A DNA stretch of 64,000 nt, taken from positions 2,604,001 through 2,668,000 of the forward strand of contig OZ287072.1 in NCBI GenBank assembly GCA_965645245.1, given 5' to 3'. The DNA is from Massalongia carnosa. Its lineage: Eukaryota. The notes under the pieces are model-generated. The model was not told the DNA's origin, searched no databases, and saw nothing but the letters and a program-made list of their open reading frames with translations. Position 1 is the stretch's first letter. Each line of letters begins with the position of its first letter. Positions 11,915-24,083 of this stretch are shown in pieces. Position numbers and translations under genes: made by a program.

Positions 11915-14900
11915 CTAGCTTTCAGACGGTATGGATTTGATTTCATTTTGACGTTTGAATATGTCATCAGGCCTTGTCCTGCCTAGAATTGTCATACCTG
12001 GCACAGGTAAGCCGCTTGAGCCCCGCAGATACATCTCTTCGGCCTCGTTCATCTTGCCTTGATCTTTATACAAATTTCCTAGATTGTTGACCGTGTGGAG
12101 CGTTGATGTGTGATCAGGACCCCAGGCCTTTTCCTTTCCTGTCAATGCCCGCAGATACATCTCTTCGGCCTCGTTCATCTTGCCTTGATCTTTATACAGA
12201 CTTCCTAGATTGTTGACTGTGTCAAGCGTTGATGTGTGATCAGGACCCCAGGCCTTTTCCTTTCCTGTCAATGCCCGCAGATACATCTCTTCGGCCTCGT
12301 TCATCTTGCCTTGATCTGCATACAAAAGCCCTAGATTGTTGACTGTGTTGAGCGTTGATGTGTGATCAGGACCCCAGGCCTTTTCCTTTCCTGTCAATGC
12401 CCGCAGATACATCTCTTCGGCCTCGTTCATCTTGCCTTGATCTGCATACAGACTTCCTAGATTGTTGACTGTGTCAAGCGTTGATGTGTGATCAGGACCC
12501 CAGGCCTTTTCCTTTCCTGTCAATGCCCGCAGATACATCTCTTCGGCCTCGTTCATCTTGCCTTGATCTGCATACAAAAGCCCTAGATTGTTGACTGTGT
12601 TGAGCGTTGATGTGTGATCAGGACCCCAGGCCTTTTCGTATCCTGTCAATGCCCGCAGATACATCTCTTCGGCCTCGTTCATCTTGCCTTGATCTTTATA
12701 CAGACTTCCTAGATTGTTGACTGTGTCAAGCGTTGATGTGTGATCAGGACCCCAGGCCTTTTCGTATCCTGCCAATGCCCGCAGATACATCTCTTCGGCC
12801 TCGTTCATCTTGCCTTGATCTTTATACAAAAGCCCTAGATTGTTGACTGTGTGGAGCGTTGATGTGTGATCAGGACCCCAGGCCTTTTCGTATCCTGTCA
12901 ATGCCCGCAGATACATCTCTTCGGCCTCGTTCATCTTGCCTTGATTTTTATACAAATTTCCTAGATTGCCGACCGCGGCGAGCGTTGATGTGTGATCAGG
13001 ACCCCAGGCCTTTTCGTATCCTGTCAATGCCCGCAGATACATCTCTTCGGCCTCGTTCATCTTGCCTTGATCTGCATACAAAAGCCCTAGATTGTTGACT
13101 GTGTTGAGCGTTGATGTGTGATCAGGACCCCAGGCCTTTTCCTTTCCTGTCAATGCCCGCAGATACATCTCTTCGGCCTCGTTCATCTTGCCTTGATCTT
13201 TATACAGACTTCCTAGATTGTTGACTGTGTCAAGCGTTGATGTGTGATCAGGACCCCAGGCCTTTTCCTTTCCTGTCAATGCCCGCAGATACATCTCTTC
13301 GGCCTCGTTCATCTTGCCTTGATCTTTATACAAAAGCCCTAGATTGTTGACTGTGTCAAGCGTTGATGTGTGATCAGGACCCCAGGCCTTTTCCTTTCCT
13401 GTCAATGCCCGCAGATACATCTCTTCGGCCTCGTTCATCTTGCCTTGATCTGCATACAGACTTCCTAGATTGTTGACTGTGTTGAGCGTTGATGTGTGAT
13501 CAGGACCCCAGGCCTTTTCGTATCCTGTCAATGCCCGCAGATACATCTCTTCGGCCTCGTTCATCTTGCCTTGATCTGCATACAGACTTCCTAGATTGTT
13601 GACTGTGTCGAGCGTTGATGTGTGATCAGGACCCCAGGCCTTTTCCTTTCCTGTCAATGCCCGCTGATACATCTCTTCGGCCTCGTTCATCTTGCCTTGA
13701 TCTTTATACAAATTTCCTAGATTGTTGACTGTGTGGAGCGTTGATGTGTGATCAGGACCCCAGGCCTTTTCGTATCCTGTCAATGCCCGCAGATACATCT
13801 CTTCGGCCTCGTTCATCTTGCCTTGATCTTTATACAGACTTCCTAGATTGTTGACTGTGTCAAGCGTTGATGTGTGATCAGGACCCCAGGCCTTTTCGTA
13901 TCCTGTCAATGCCCGCAGATACATCTCTTCGGCCTCGTTCATCTTGCCTTGATCTTTATACAAAAGCCCTAGATTGTTGACTGTGTGGAGCGTTGATGTG
14001 TGATCAGGACCCCAGGCCTTTTCGTACCCTGTCAATGCCCGCAGATACATCTCTTCGGCCTCGTTCATCTTGCCTTGATTTTTATACAAATTTCCTAGAT
14101 TGCCGACCGCGGCGAGCGTTGATGTGTGATCAGGACCCCAGGCCTTTTCGTATCCTGTCAATGCCCGCAGATACATCTCTTCGGCCTCGTTCATCTTGCC
14201 TTGATCTGCATACAAAAGCCCTAGATTGTTGACTGTGTTGAGCGTTGATGTGTGATCAGGACCCCAGGCCTTTTCGTATCCTGTCAATGCCCGCAGATAC
14301 ATCTCTTCGGCCTCGTTCATCTTGCCTTGATCTTTATACAGACTTCCTAGATTGTTGACTGTGTCAAGCGTTGATGTGTGATCAGGACCCCAGGCCTTTT
14401 CGTATCCTGTCAATGCCCGCAGATACATCTCTTCGGCCTCGTTCATCTTGCCTTGATCTTTATACAAAAGCCCTAGATTGTTGACTGTGTTGAGCGTTGA
14501 TGTGTGATCAGGACCCCAGGCCTTTTCCTTTCCTGTCAATGCCCGCAGATACATCTCTTCGGCCTCGTTCATCTTGCCTTGATTTTTATACAAATTTCCT
14601 AGATTGCCGACCGCGGCGAGCGTTGATGTGTGATCAGGACCCCAGGCCTTTTCGTATCCTGTCAATGCCCGCAGATACATCTCTTCGGCCTCGTTCATCT
14701 TGCCTTGATCTGCATACAGACTTCCTAGATTGTTGACTGTGTTGAGCGTTGATGTGTGATCAGGACCCCAGGCCTTTTCGTATCCTGTCAATGCCCGCAG
14801 ATACATCTCTTCGGCCTCGTTCATCTTGCCTTGATCTGCATACAGACTTCCTAGATTGTTGACTGTGTTGAGCGTTGATGTGTGATCAGGACCCCAGGCC

Positions 14901-17900
14901 TTTTCGTATCCTGTCAATGCCCGCAGATACATCTCTTCGGCCTCGTTCATCTTGCCTTGATCTGCATACAGACTTCCTAGATTGTTGACTGTGTGGAGCG
15001 TTGATGTGTGATCAGGACCCCAGGCCTTTTCCTTTCCTGTCAATGCCCGCAGATACATCTCTTCGGCCTCGTTCATCTTGCCTTGATCTTTATACAGACT
15101 TCCTAGATTGTTGACTGTGTCAAGCGTTGATGTGTGATCAGGACCCCAGGCCTTTTCGTATCCTGCCAATGCCCGCAGATACATCTCTTCGGCCTCGTTC
15201 ATCTTGCCTTGATCTTTATACAAAAGCCCTAGATTGTTGACTGTGTGGAGCGTTGATGTGTGATCAGGACCCCAGGCCTTTTCGTATCCTGTCAATGCCC
15301 GCAGATACATCTCTTCGGCCTCGTTCATCTTGCCTTGATCTGCATACAGACTTCCTAGATTGTTGACTGTGTTGAGCGTTGATGTGTGATCAGGACCCCA
15401 GGCCTTTTCGTATCCTGTCAATGCCCGCAGATACATCTCTTCGGCCTCGTTCATCTTGCCTTGATCTTTATACAAATTTCCTAGATTGTTGACTGTGTGG
15501 AGCGTTGATGTGTGATCAGGACCCCAGGCCTTTTCCTTTCCTGTCAATGCCCGCAGATACATCTCTTCGGCCTCGTTCATCTTGCCTTGATCTTTATACA
15601 GACTTCCTAGATTGTTGACTGTGTCAAGCGTTGATGTGTGATCAGGACCCCAGGCCTTTTCGTATCCTGTCAATGCCCGCAGATACATCTCTTCGGCCTC
15701 GTTCATCTTGCCTTGATCTTTATACAGACTTCCTAGATTGTTGACTGTGTCAAGCGTTGATGTGTGATCAGGACCCCAGGCCTTTTCCTTTCCTGTCAAT
15801 GCCCGCAGATACATCTCTTCGGCCTCGTTCATCTTGCCTTGATCTTTATACAGACTTCCTAGATTGTTGACTGTGTCAAGCGTTGATGTGTGATCAGGAC
15901 CCCAGGCCTTTTCGTATCCTGCCAATGCCCGCAGATACATCTCTTCGGCCTCGTTCATCTTGCCTTGATCTTTATACAAAAGCCCTAGATTGTTGACTGT
16001 GTGGAGCGTTGATGTGTGATCAGGACCCCAGGCCTTTTCGTATCCTGTCAATGCCCGCAGATACATCTCTTCGGCCTCGTTCATCTTGCCTTGATCTGCA
16101 TACAGACTTCCTAGATTGTTGACTGTGTTGAGCGTTGATGTGTGATCAGGACCCCAGGCCTTTTCGTATCCTGTCAATGCCCGCAGATACATCTCTTCGG
16201 CCTCGTTCATCTTGCCTTGATCTTTATACAAATTTCCTAGATTGTTGACTGTGTGGAGCGTTGATGTGTGATCAGGACCCCAGGCCTTTTCCTTTCCTGT
16301 CAATGCCCGCAGATACATCTCTTCGGCCTCGTTCATCTTGCCTTGATCTTTATACAGACTTCCTAGATTGTTGACTGTGTCAAGCGTTGATGTGTGATCA
16401 GGACCCCAGGCCTTTTCGTATCCTGTCAATGCCCGCAGATACATCTCTTCGGCCTCGTTCATCTTGCCTTGATCTTTATACAGACTTCCTAGATTGTTGA
16501 CTGTGTCAAGCGTTGATGTGTGATCAGGACCCCAGGCCTTTTCCTTTCCTGTCAATGCCCGCAGATACATCTCTTCGGCCTCGTTCATCTTGCCTTGATC
16601 TGCATACAAAAGCCCTAGATTGTTGACTGTGTTGAGCGTTGATGTGTGATCAGGACCCCAGGCCTTTTCCTTTCCTGTCAATGCCCGCAGATACATCTCT
16701 TCGGCCTCGTTCATCTTGCCTTGATTTTTATACAAATTTCCTAGATTGCCGACCGCGGCGAGCGTTGATGTGTGATCAGGACCCCAGGCCTTTTCGTATC
16801 CTGTCAATGCCCGCAGATACATCTCTTCGGCCTCGTTCATCTTGCCTTGATCTGCATACAAAAGCCCTAGATTGTTGACTGTGTTGAGCGTTGATGTGTG
16901 ATCAGGACCCCAGGCCTTTTCCTTTCCTGTCAATGCCCGCAGATACATCTCTTCGGCCTCTTTCAGCTTGCCTTGTTCGTTTGAAAAATAGCCAATAGCA
17001 TGATACGAAGAATATAATACCTGTTCCCCTCTCATATTTCTTTCGAGGTTTTGAGGTTTTTTTCCAATCCAGAAGTGAACATAACTACAATGACCAGCCA
17101 GTCGTTTTCGATGCAGCCAGTTTGCTGAACTGCCAGTGGATTGACATGCGGAACCGATTACAGAAACTGCTAAAGAAGCTATCTCGTCGTTAGAGGTTAG
17201 ATTCATGTGAAAACACCAGTCATGTATAATTGGATGAATCGCATAAGATGAGATCTCATATCGTGTTTCTATCAAGGAGTAATCCAGCAGTATTTGAATC
17301 TTCTGTGTAAAATCAAATTCCGTCTTCATGCTACATAAAAACCAGATAGGTAATGTCTCTTTTGGGATAATGCTCTCGTCATCGTCAAGTACAGGTGCGA
17401 ATAAAGAATACCATAAATCTGAATGATCGAGATATGCAAACAGATTAAGCAATTTTGCAGCGCTCGCGTCATTGCGTTGCACATATTCATAGGAAATGGT
17501 GTACGTAGATAAAATGCTACGAGGATAATCTTTTAATCGGGTCGTTTTGTTGTTGTGAAGCTTCTCCCAAGTCTCTTCATAGTATCGAATATAGTCGTTC
17601 ACACTTGTAGTCGTTCCGTGGATATAGGAGCCTGCATGAGCAAGTGCTAGTGGGAGACCACCCACTTTCTCGACAATCCTATCAAGGCCTATAAAATGCT
17701 TAGTAAATTGGATTAAGACTGTGGCTTGAATTTCATTACCTTCAACTGATCGTCCTATCCTGCATCGTAATACTTCTGCTCCTTGTAGATCGCTCATCCT
17801 TCCAAGTTGCCGGTCCTGCCCGTGTTGTCGAAGCTGTCGTAATCGGCTTGTGATTAAAATAGAGCCATGATCGGCTTCCGGGAAAAAATCTTCCATATCA

Positions 17901-19463
17901 TATGATTGAGGATCATCTACCTCAGGGGAATTATCACGATCGACATTATCGAAAATGAGAAGCCATTGATTGTTTTCATGTTGACTGAACCAAATAAGAA
18001 TATTACGAATGATTTCATCTAGCTCTTCAGGGGATGTTTTAGAGAATTTTCTACATGAATCCGGAATCTGATCTGGGGGTAATTGCCGAGCAATCTGTGC
18101 AAGACTTTGACGTACACTTTCCTTACTATCGCCGTTTAGCCAAAAAATTGAACTGAAAATCTTCTGTGATCTTTGAGCGAACTCGATTGCTAGCTGAGTC
18201 TTGCCGGAGCCGCCCAGTCCGTGCAAAACGAACACCTTCCGGCGAGTCTCACGAGTTGGCTTGGGAAAAAGGGTATTCTTAAGGTCATTCATTTCCTGAT
18301 CACGAGCTATAAATTTTGGTACACGGGGTAAGCCTTTCAAACTAAACGGCACTTTATATGAACCACTGTCTATTCAAGGATTTAGTAACTCAAGAATTAT
18401 CAAGCAAACATTGACGCACATTCTCGTGTTGAAAGATTATTTCCACAAAGCTTCATTTGTTTCATCACGCTTTCCAAAGCCACATAGCGGGTTGTGGCGG
18501 CCATGATCTTGTTCTTCTGTGCTGCATCTTCGAGTCCAATACTCTCAAGCCCATGAGAAACATTGAAACGAAAGTAGCGATTTCCATCGTCGAGATCGGA
18601 ATGCGCTCGATGAAAAGACTCCGCTGTTTTTTCTGTCTCTGTTGCAATGTCTTTCAACGTTTTTGCAATCTCGAAGAGGCTTGAGCCATAAGTATCCAAG
18701 GATGGAACGCCGGTACCGATAGATATCAGGCATTTGATGTTTCCCTCAAGCGCTTCATCTGACCACACACTTTTGGCCTCGTTCCAAAGATGTGCGACAG
18801 GATTGTTAGCCCCCACAGCCCCATCGACAAACTCTTCTTCAAACTGACCAATTTTAACTGGATCAAAGAAGGATGATGCGGCAGATGTGGCTCGAGCTGC
18901 CTCCCAAATTCGTGTCTTATGGTACATATCTGATGATCCTCGAGAAGGATAGGATGTGAAAAGGACTGTGTCGGCAGTCTCTTTGCTCAGAGCGCATACA
19001 AATCTAGCTTTCATTAGTATCACTAGAATTATACGTGTAAATGCAACTTCCGAAGCACTAACACCTTGCATTGCTGATTCTCTGATCCTTTGAGGAGAGC
19101 ATTTTCCCCTGCCTTCTCCTTCCGCTTTACGATTTCTCGAATCGACCGTTCCAGCTCTTCTGTGTCGAATCTCCCCTGCACGTGTCCGTTTATTGTGACA
19201 CGATGCCGCTTTTTTTTAAACACTTGATCGAACAATGCGACATAGGCATCAATACATTCATCGATATTCATCTCAAGACGACCTAGCATGATAGCAATCA
19301 ATCCACCGGTACTTGTCCCTCCGATCAAGTCGAAATACTCGCATGGCTTCGGCGGCGCATTCGGATTGATGATCTCCATCAGTCGCTTGAGGATTGCGAG
19401 TGACGATAGCCCTCGCACTCCACCGCCATCAAGAGATAATAGGCATAAATCTTTATCTGGCAT
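11915..19463 (-). CDS. Fungal NLR: patatin-like phospholipase + NB-ARC + TPR array (PLP-1-like architecture), about 2462 aa, 4 exons
   Basis: Exons 19463-19063, 19003-18420, 18369-17740, 17688-11915 (7389 nt, in frame). Introns GTTAGT..CTAG (59 nt), GTGCGT..TAG (50 nt), GTAATG..TAG (51 nt), each with an ACTAA branch site. Patatin motifs DGGGVRG, GTSTG, DGA; P-loop GLGGSGKT, Walker B LLIFDNVD, GGLPLAL; 42-aa TPR repeats. Confidence 0.95.
12023..16936 (-). repeat. 39 tandem 126-bp (42-aa) TPR-coding units with very high internal identity
   Basis: Span 4914 bp = 39 x 126; consensus ALTG[K/Y]EKAWGPDHTSTL[N/D/H]TVNNLG[L/S/N]LY[A/K]DQGKMNEAEEMYLR. Confidence 0.97.
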
Positions 19464-19624
19464 GATAGAAGGTCCTAGTTTTCTTCGAATTATACAACTA
19501 GCCTGGTAGGAATGTGCAGAGGCTGGCTTTGGAAATGAGTGGTATAGAAAGCATCAGTCAAGCTGTTATTGTTGCGCGGCTGAATGATATCCATATAAGG
19601 CTGAAAACGTCAAGCCCAGGCTTT

Positions 19625-19737
19625 ATCCAGGGTGCGTACAAGCTACTCGTAGTAATGCAACTGCCGACAGCAAATTAAACTCATTTCGGTTTAAGTCGTA
19701 TGACGTGTTTATTGCTACTAATAATTACCCTAATCGT
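19625..19737 (+). repeat. Fragment of the TIR/subterminal region of the Mutator-like family at 21573
   Basis: ATCCAGGGTGCGTACAAGCTA..ATTAAACTC.TTTCGGTTTAA.TCGTAT.ACGTGTTTATTGCTACTAATAATTACCCTA matches 21650-21755. Confidence 0.8.
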
Positions 19738-20174
19738 GCTAAACCACTTTCGGAATGGAAGAGCATCCCTTATCGACGATGATGGAAAGAAGTATGAGGT
19801 GCGTCCACGACTTCAGCGAGATACATCTTTTCGTCTCCTTTCGCACGCGCTGTTGTCTCGCGGTATCGATGTTTGGCCAGGCTGGTGATGTAAGCGGATT
19901 CAGTCTTGTCGGCGTAGATTCGGATTGCGACACAAGTCCCCCGGAATACTTCATAGATGGGATTTGACGCCTTAGCTGCTTCAAGAGCACTGTTGACTTT
20001 TCTGATCAAGACATCCGTAGGCTGGTTGGCGAAGAAAAGAACCGACTTGGAAAAAGCGAGTGAAAAGAGGCGTGGAGTACAATTAGATTAATCTAGATTT
20101 TTGTTTTAATTTTGGTGTGTATTTTAAGAATTTCATTCTACGAGTTTGGTCCCACGAGTTATGTCTCCTTACGA

Positions 20175-20600
20175 CTTTTATTCCCCCAAGGCTTTTGTCC
20201 CCTCAGGGACTTTATTTCCCCAGGGCTTTTATTCTCCCAGGGCTTTCATTCCCTCGGGGAACGAAAAGAGTAGGGAAACGAAAGCCCTGGGAGAATAAAA
20301 GCTCTGGGGAAATAAAATCCCTAGCCAAGAAAAACGCCCAAGGCTTTGAAATGACAGGGGCTTTTTAGTCCATATTCCTTTTCAATCACTACTCCCTTTC
20401 AGTCCCTACTCTCGTCTAATTCCTACCCACTTCCAGTCCCTACTCCCTTTCAGTCACTACTCTCTTCCAGTTCCTATGCTTTTTGAATTCCTACTCCCTT
20501 CCAGTCTCTACTCTCTTTCAGTCTTCACTCTCTTTCAACGTCTATAATCTTTCAGTCCCTATGCTTTTTAAAGCCCTTCTAGTCCTCACCCCCTTTAGCG
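20175..20600. repeat. Fold-back array of about 19-bp units, then direct-repeat copy 2 (20323-20426) and a degenerate about 18-bp tandem array
   Basis: CTTTTATTCCCCCAAGGGC-like units (20175-20255) are mirrored by GCCCTGGGAGAATAAAAG units (20260-20320); TTTCAGTCCCTACTC(T/C)C-like units recur to about 20600. Confidence 0.75.
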
Positions 20601-21088
20601 ATAATATTTAACTTTAACTTTTATGAAAAGCTTCATTCGCGAGACGCTTGTCTCCGTTATATTGAGTGTATAATTTTTCGTAAAACACGGATGAGTCTAT
20701 GAAATGTTTCATTTACGACGCTCAGGATTTTAAAGAAGGGGGGGGGTTTCGGAAAAGGATCTCATGAAGGAGGGTTGGAAAAGAACTTTTGGTCACCATT
20801 AAATGATGAAGTCTATTAATAACAAGTGCTGATGCTAGATGAAGAAGAAAGATGAATCAAATCCTTGAATACTCCGCTGGATTCGAGCTAAACCGTATTT
20901 GGTCAAAAAGATAAGAATTCTCTGTTGACAGCACATACTGAAATGCAAAGACACTAACTAACCCCGTAAGAGCCTTGCACTATTAGAAGAGAGCTTTACC
21001 ATAGCATTGCCTCTAGTGATAATCTTTCGTGCTTTCTATAGCTTTGTCTTACTTTAAATGATAGTAGTACAAGTTCTCGCACGAAGCT

Positions 21089-21493
21089 GTGATGAGTAAG
21101 AACAGCGTTAATACAAAACCATCACAGTCTACCGCTAGATCACGACCGCAGACCGAACTCGAAACTGGCTTCCGAGAGTGGATGTTCCTTATATCAAGAC
21201 AGAATACGCGGTTTCAAGTTGTGGAGATAGAGAAGTTCTTCAAGGTGGCCTGGGAATTCATCAGCAAGGAGCATACAGAAACTGGGCAACAGATTATCAT
21301 GAAACTAGCGACGGAGGAAGAGCTAACTATGATCAAGGCTCTTACAGATGAAAAGGTCGATGGCGTTGAGCTAGAAATGAGGCTGCGTATCTTTAAGAAT
21401 AGGACACTTCTCTTTTTTCGAATCATTTCTCCCCCGGACATCCTGTCATTCTTAATTTTGGAGACACCGCTCGATCGCGTGTTCAGTAATTAG
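21089..21493 (+). pseudogene. Fragment resembling the N-terminus of fungal ZNFX1-like/AAA helicase proteins
   Basis: Pattern FF..AW.......QQII.KLATEE.L..IK.L ... F..IS.PDIL..LILE recalled from that family; truncated and unverified. Confidence 0.35.
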
Positions 21494-23635
21494 CCTCAAC
21501 GTGGAAATGAGGTTTGGATATTCCATTAGCAGAATAAAATAGAAAGGATTCAGAATACATGCATTGGAAGGACGAGATGCTTATGGACAGTCCCCCCCGA
21601 CCGTCCCCCCTGTGTAAATCTTTGCTAGTAAACAGCCATTTTACTACTCATCCAGGGTGCTTACAAGCTAGTAATGCAGCTGTCAACAGCACATTAAACT
21701 CTTTTCGGTTTAAATCGTATCACGTGTTTATTGCTACTAATAATTACCCTACTCGGTCTGATAAAGCATACCCTCACCCTCACCTTTGCCCTCCCCTAAA
21801 TCTTCCCTTCCACTTATGCTATACCTCATATTATATATTTTATTACTCCTCATCGCGATGGAGTCCGATCCCACTTCTTTGGATGCACGGAAGCAACATG
21901 CCATTGCCCTTCTACCCCCATCTCGCCTCCTCCCTCCGCAAGAGAATGAGTTAGTTTCGTCTTGAAAGAAGCCGAAGACTCGTCTTCAAGACTATGCCTT
22001 CATCCAAGGCTTCGCGTTGATCACAGAACTCACTATTGCGGCTAATAATGGGTACAAGGTACAATAGGTTTAGGAGAAAACTTAGTCATGAAGAGAATCG
22101 AAAACGCGCCTATCATCTCCGACGACGACGAGGTTCAGTATATAAACACTCAGCCCATTCTCGGTCGTTCTATGAGTCCTATGCTTCCTTCGGATGACGA
22201 TAATGATGTTATGCTTTCATCAGAAGCCTCGTCGGATTCGCTCGAAGATATTGACGATGTGCTTGCCAAGCATAACTAGTCAAAAAGCACTATTTCAGGC
22301 AGCGCCGCCTTCATCTCTTTATAGTCTTAGTCAAAACGTGCGCGTCAGTCAAATTCTTCCTACTTCCTCCGCAACAACGCGAAGGTCTCGAGATGTGATG
22401 AAGAAATCAAAGGCTCAGTTGGAGTTGGAATCTCAGGAAAGAGTCGAGAAATCAGTCAAACAGATTAGGACTCAAGCGAGAAAGGAAACGACGATGAGAA
22501 AGGTGGCTAAAACCATGAAGCCTAGAAAAGATGATGTATCGCAATTGATTGACGAGTTTTTGGGATTGAAGTCATCGCAATAGGTAGATTTGTAGATGTT
22601 GAATACATTTAGTTAGTAACAGTAACGTTATTAATACGTAGTCACGTACTATAACTGCTAGCTTGTACAAATCGGGTCTAGGAAGTCAGCAAACACTTCG
22701 CTTAATTTCCCCTCATCTAAATTCCCCCCTTACTTCACCCCCCCCTTTCTACATCAATTTTCATCTGATCAACGAAATGCCTTCTAAACCCAAGACGGCC
22801 AGACGTGAACACTCGTCTGAAACCATTGCTATCGTTGTAGCCCTTCCTGAAGTCCACTTATCCTATGCTGAAATAGCCCGTCAAGTTCGGCTGGCCCGTT
22901 CCACCGTAGTCACCATAGTTCATAGAGCTAAGAGACAAGCCGACGCCTCTTCCGTTCCCAAAAAACGTACTGGTCGGCCAACCAAGCTAAATGTCCGTGC
23001 CAGACGGGCATTGATTCGCCATGTTGAGAAAAATCCACACGATAATTTGCTGGCCCTGACTACCCCTTCCAAATCGGGTCAAAAGCTCTCTCGCGTCACC
23101 GTACGAAAATATCTGAAGCTCGGTGGCTATTTCCGTTTCAGGGCTAGAAAAAAGCCGTTTCTATCAGCACGTCACAAAGCAATCAGGCTAAAATGGGGCA
23201 AGGAGCATAAGCATTGGACGGTAGAAGATTGGGGCCGAGTTATATGGACAGATGAAGCTACGTTTGAAACTGGTTTAGACACTCGCTCGTGCTACGTCAC
23301 GAGACGAAAAGGCACGGCCATGGAGTCTAGATATCTGAAGCCTACATTCAAAAGCGGACGAAGCACTGTGGGCATCTGGGCTAGCATACGATTGGGTGAA
23401 AAAGGCCCTATGCTCGTTTTGAATAAGGGGAGACGAATGAATTCAGATATCTACATTGACGAGGTGCTACGGCCTTTAGGGCTCTCGTTTTATGAAGCAT
23501 GCTTGACTAGGCGAGGTTTGACGATCTGGATGGATGACGGAGCCAGCTATCATACTTCGAAAAAGGTGATTGATTGGGGAAGACGAAACGGGCTTTTACG
23601 CATGGCTTGGCCACCTCAGTCACCCGATTTGAATC

Positions 23636-24083
23636 TGTTGCGAATTTCCTAAGTTGCCGCATTTTCTTGAATTCCCGCATAACTATTTTTAGCTAAGCTC
23701 AATTGGGTAATCGCAAAATATTTAACGAGTTCGATTTCTAATGTGGCGGGATGAGATTTCAAATCACTCTTTTACGGCATGATAAACCGCGAGAAGATGA
23801 ATAAGCTATTATAGCTATTTTGACATACATGGCGACAATGGCCTCATCAGATTATCAATCCTTTCGGCTTCGTACATTCAAAAGTTGCGAAGTTCGGTCA
23901 GCAAAGCCGAATAGGGGTAATATTCTTTAGGTATAATAAGGCGTTGATTTCTCATGTATTTTATCTATTCAGTCGTTATCAGGTAGCTATTCGGTATAAT
24001 AAATATTCAGCTATTCAGCACTTATTCTTGTACCTTTATCGTCCCAGACAACCTGCCTCCCATTATCCAGGCGCGTTTCAACA
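23636..24083. mobile_element. 448-bp solo-LTR-like insert in the DLNPIE motif of Tc1 copy A
   Basis: TGTTG...CAACA ends, 5-bp TSD GAATC (23631-35, 24084-88); same insert in copy B. Confidence 0.85.

Noticed and set aside
12859..16878. Four repeated 79-aa + strand ORFs (MMCDQDPRPF..)
   Set aside because: Antisense shadows of the TPR units that appear wherever the AAVGN variant removes a stop.
12023..16936. CRISPR-like or satellite interpretation of the 126-bp array
   Set aside because: No unique spacers; the array is one open frame encoding TPRs in a eukaryotic gene.
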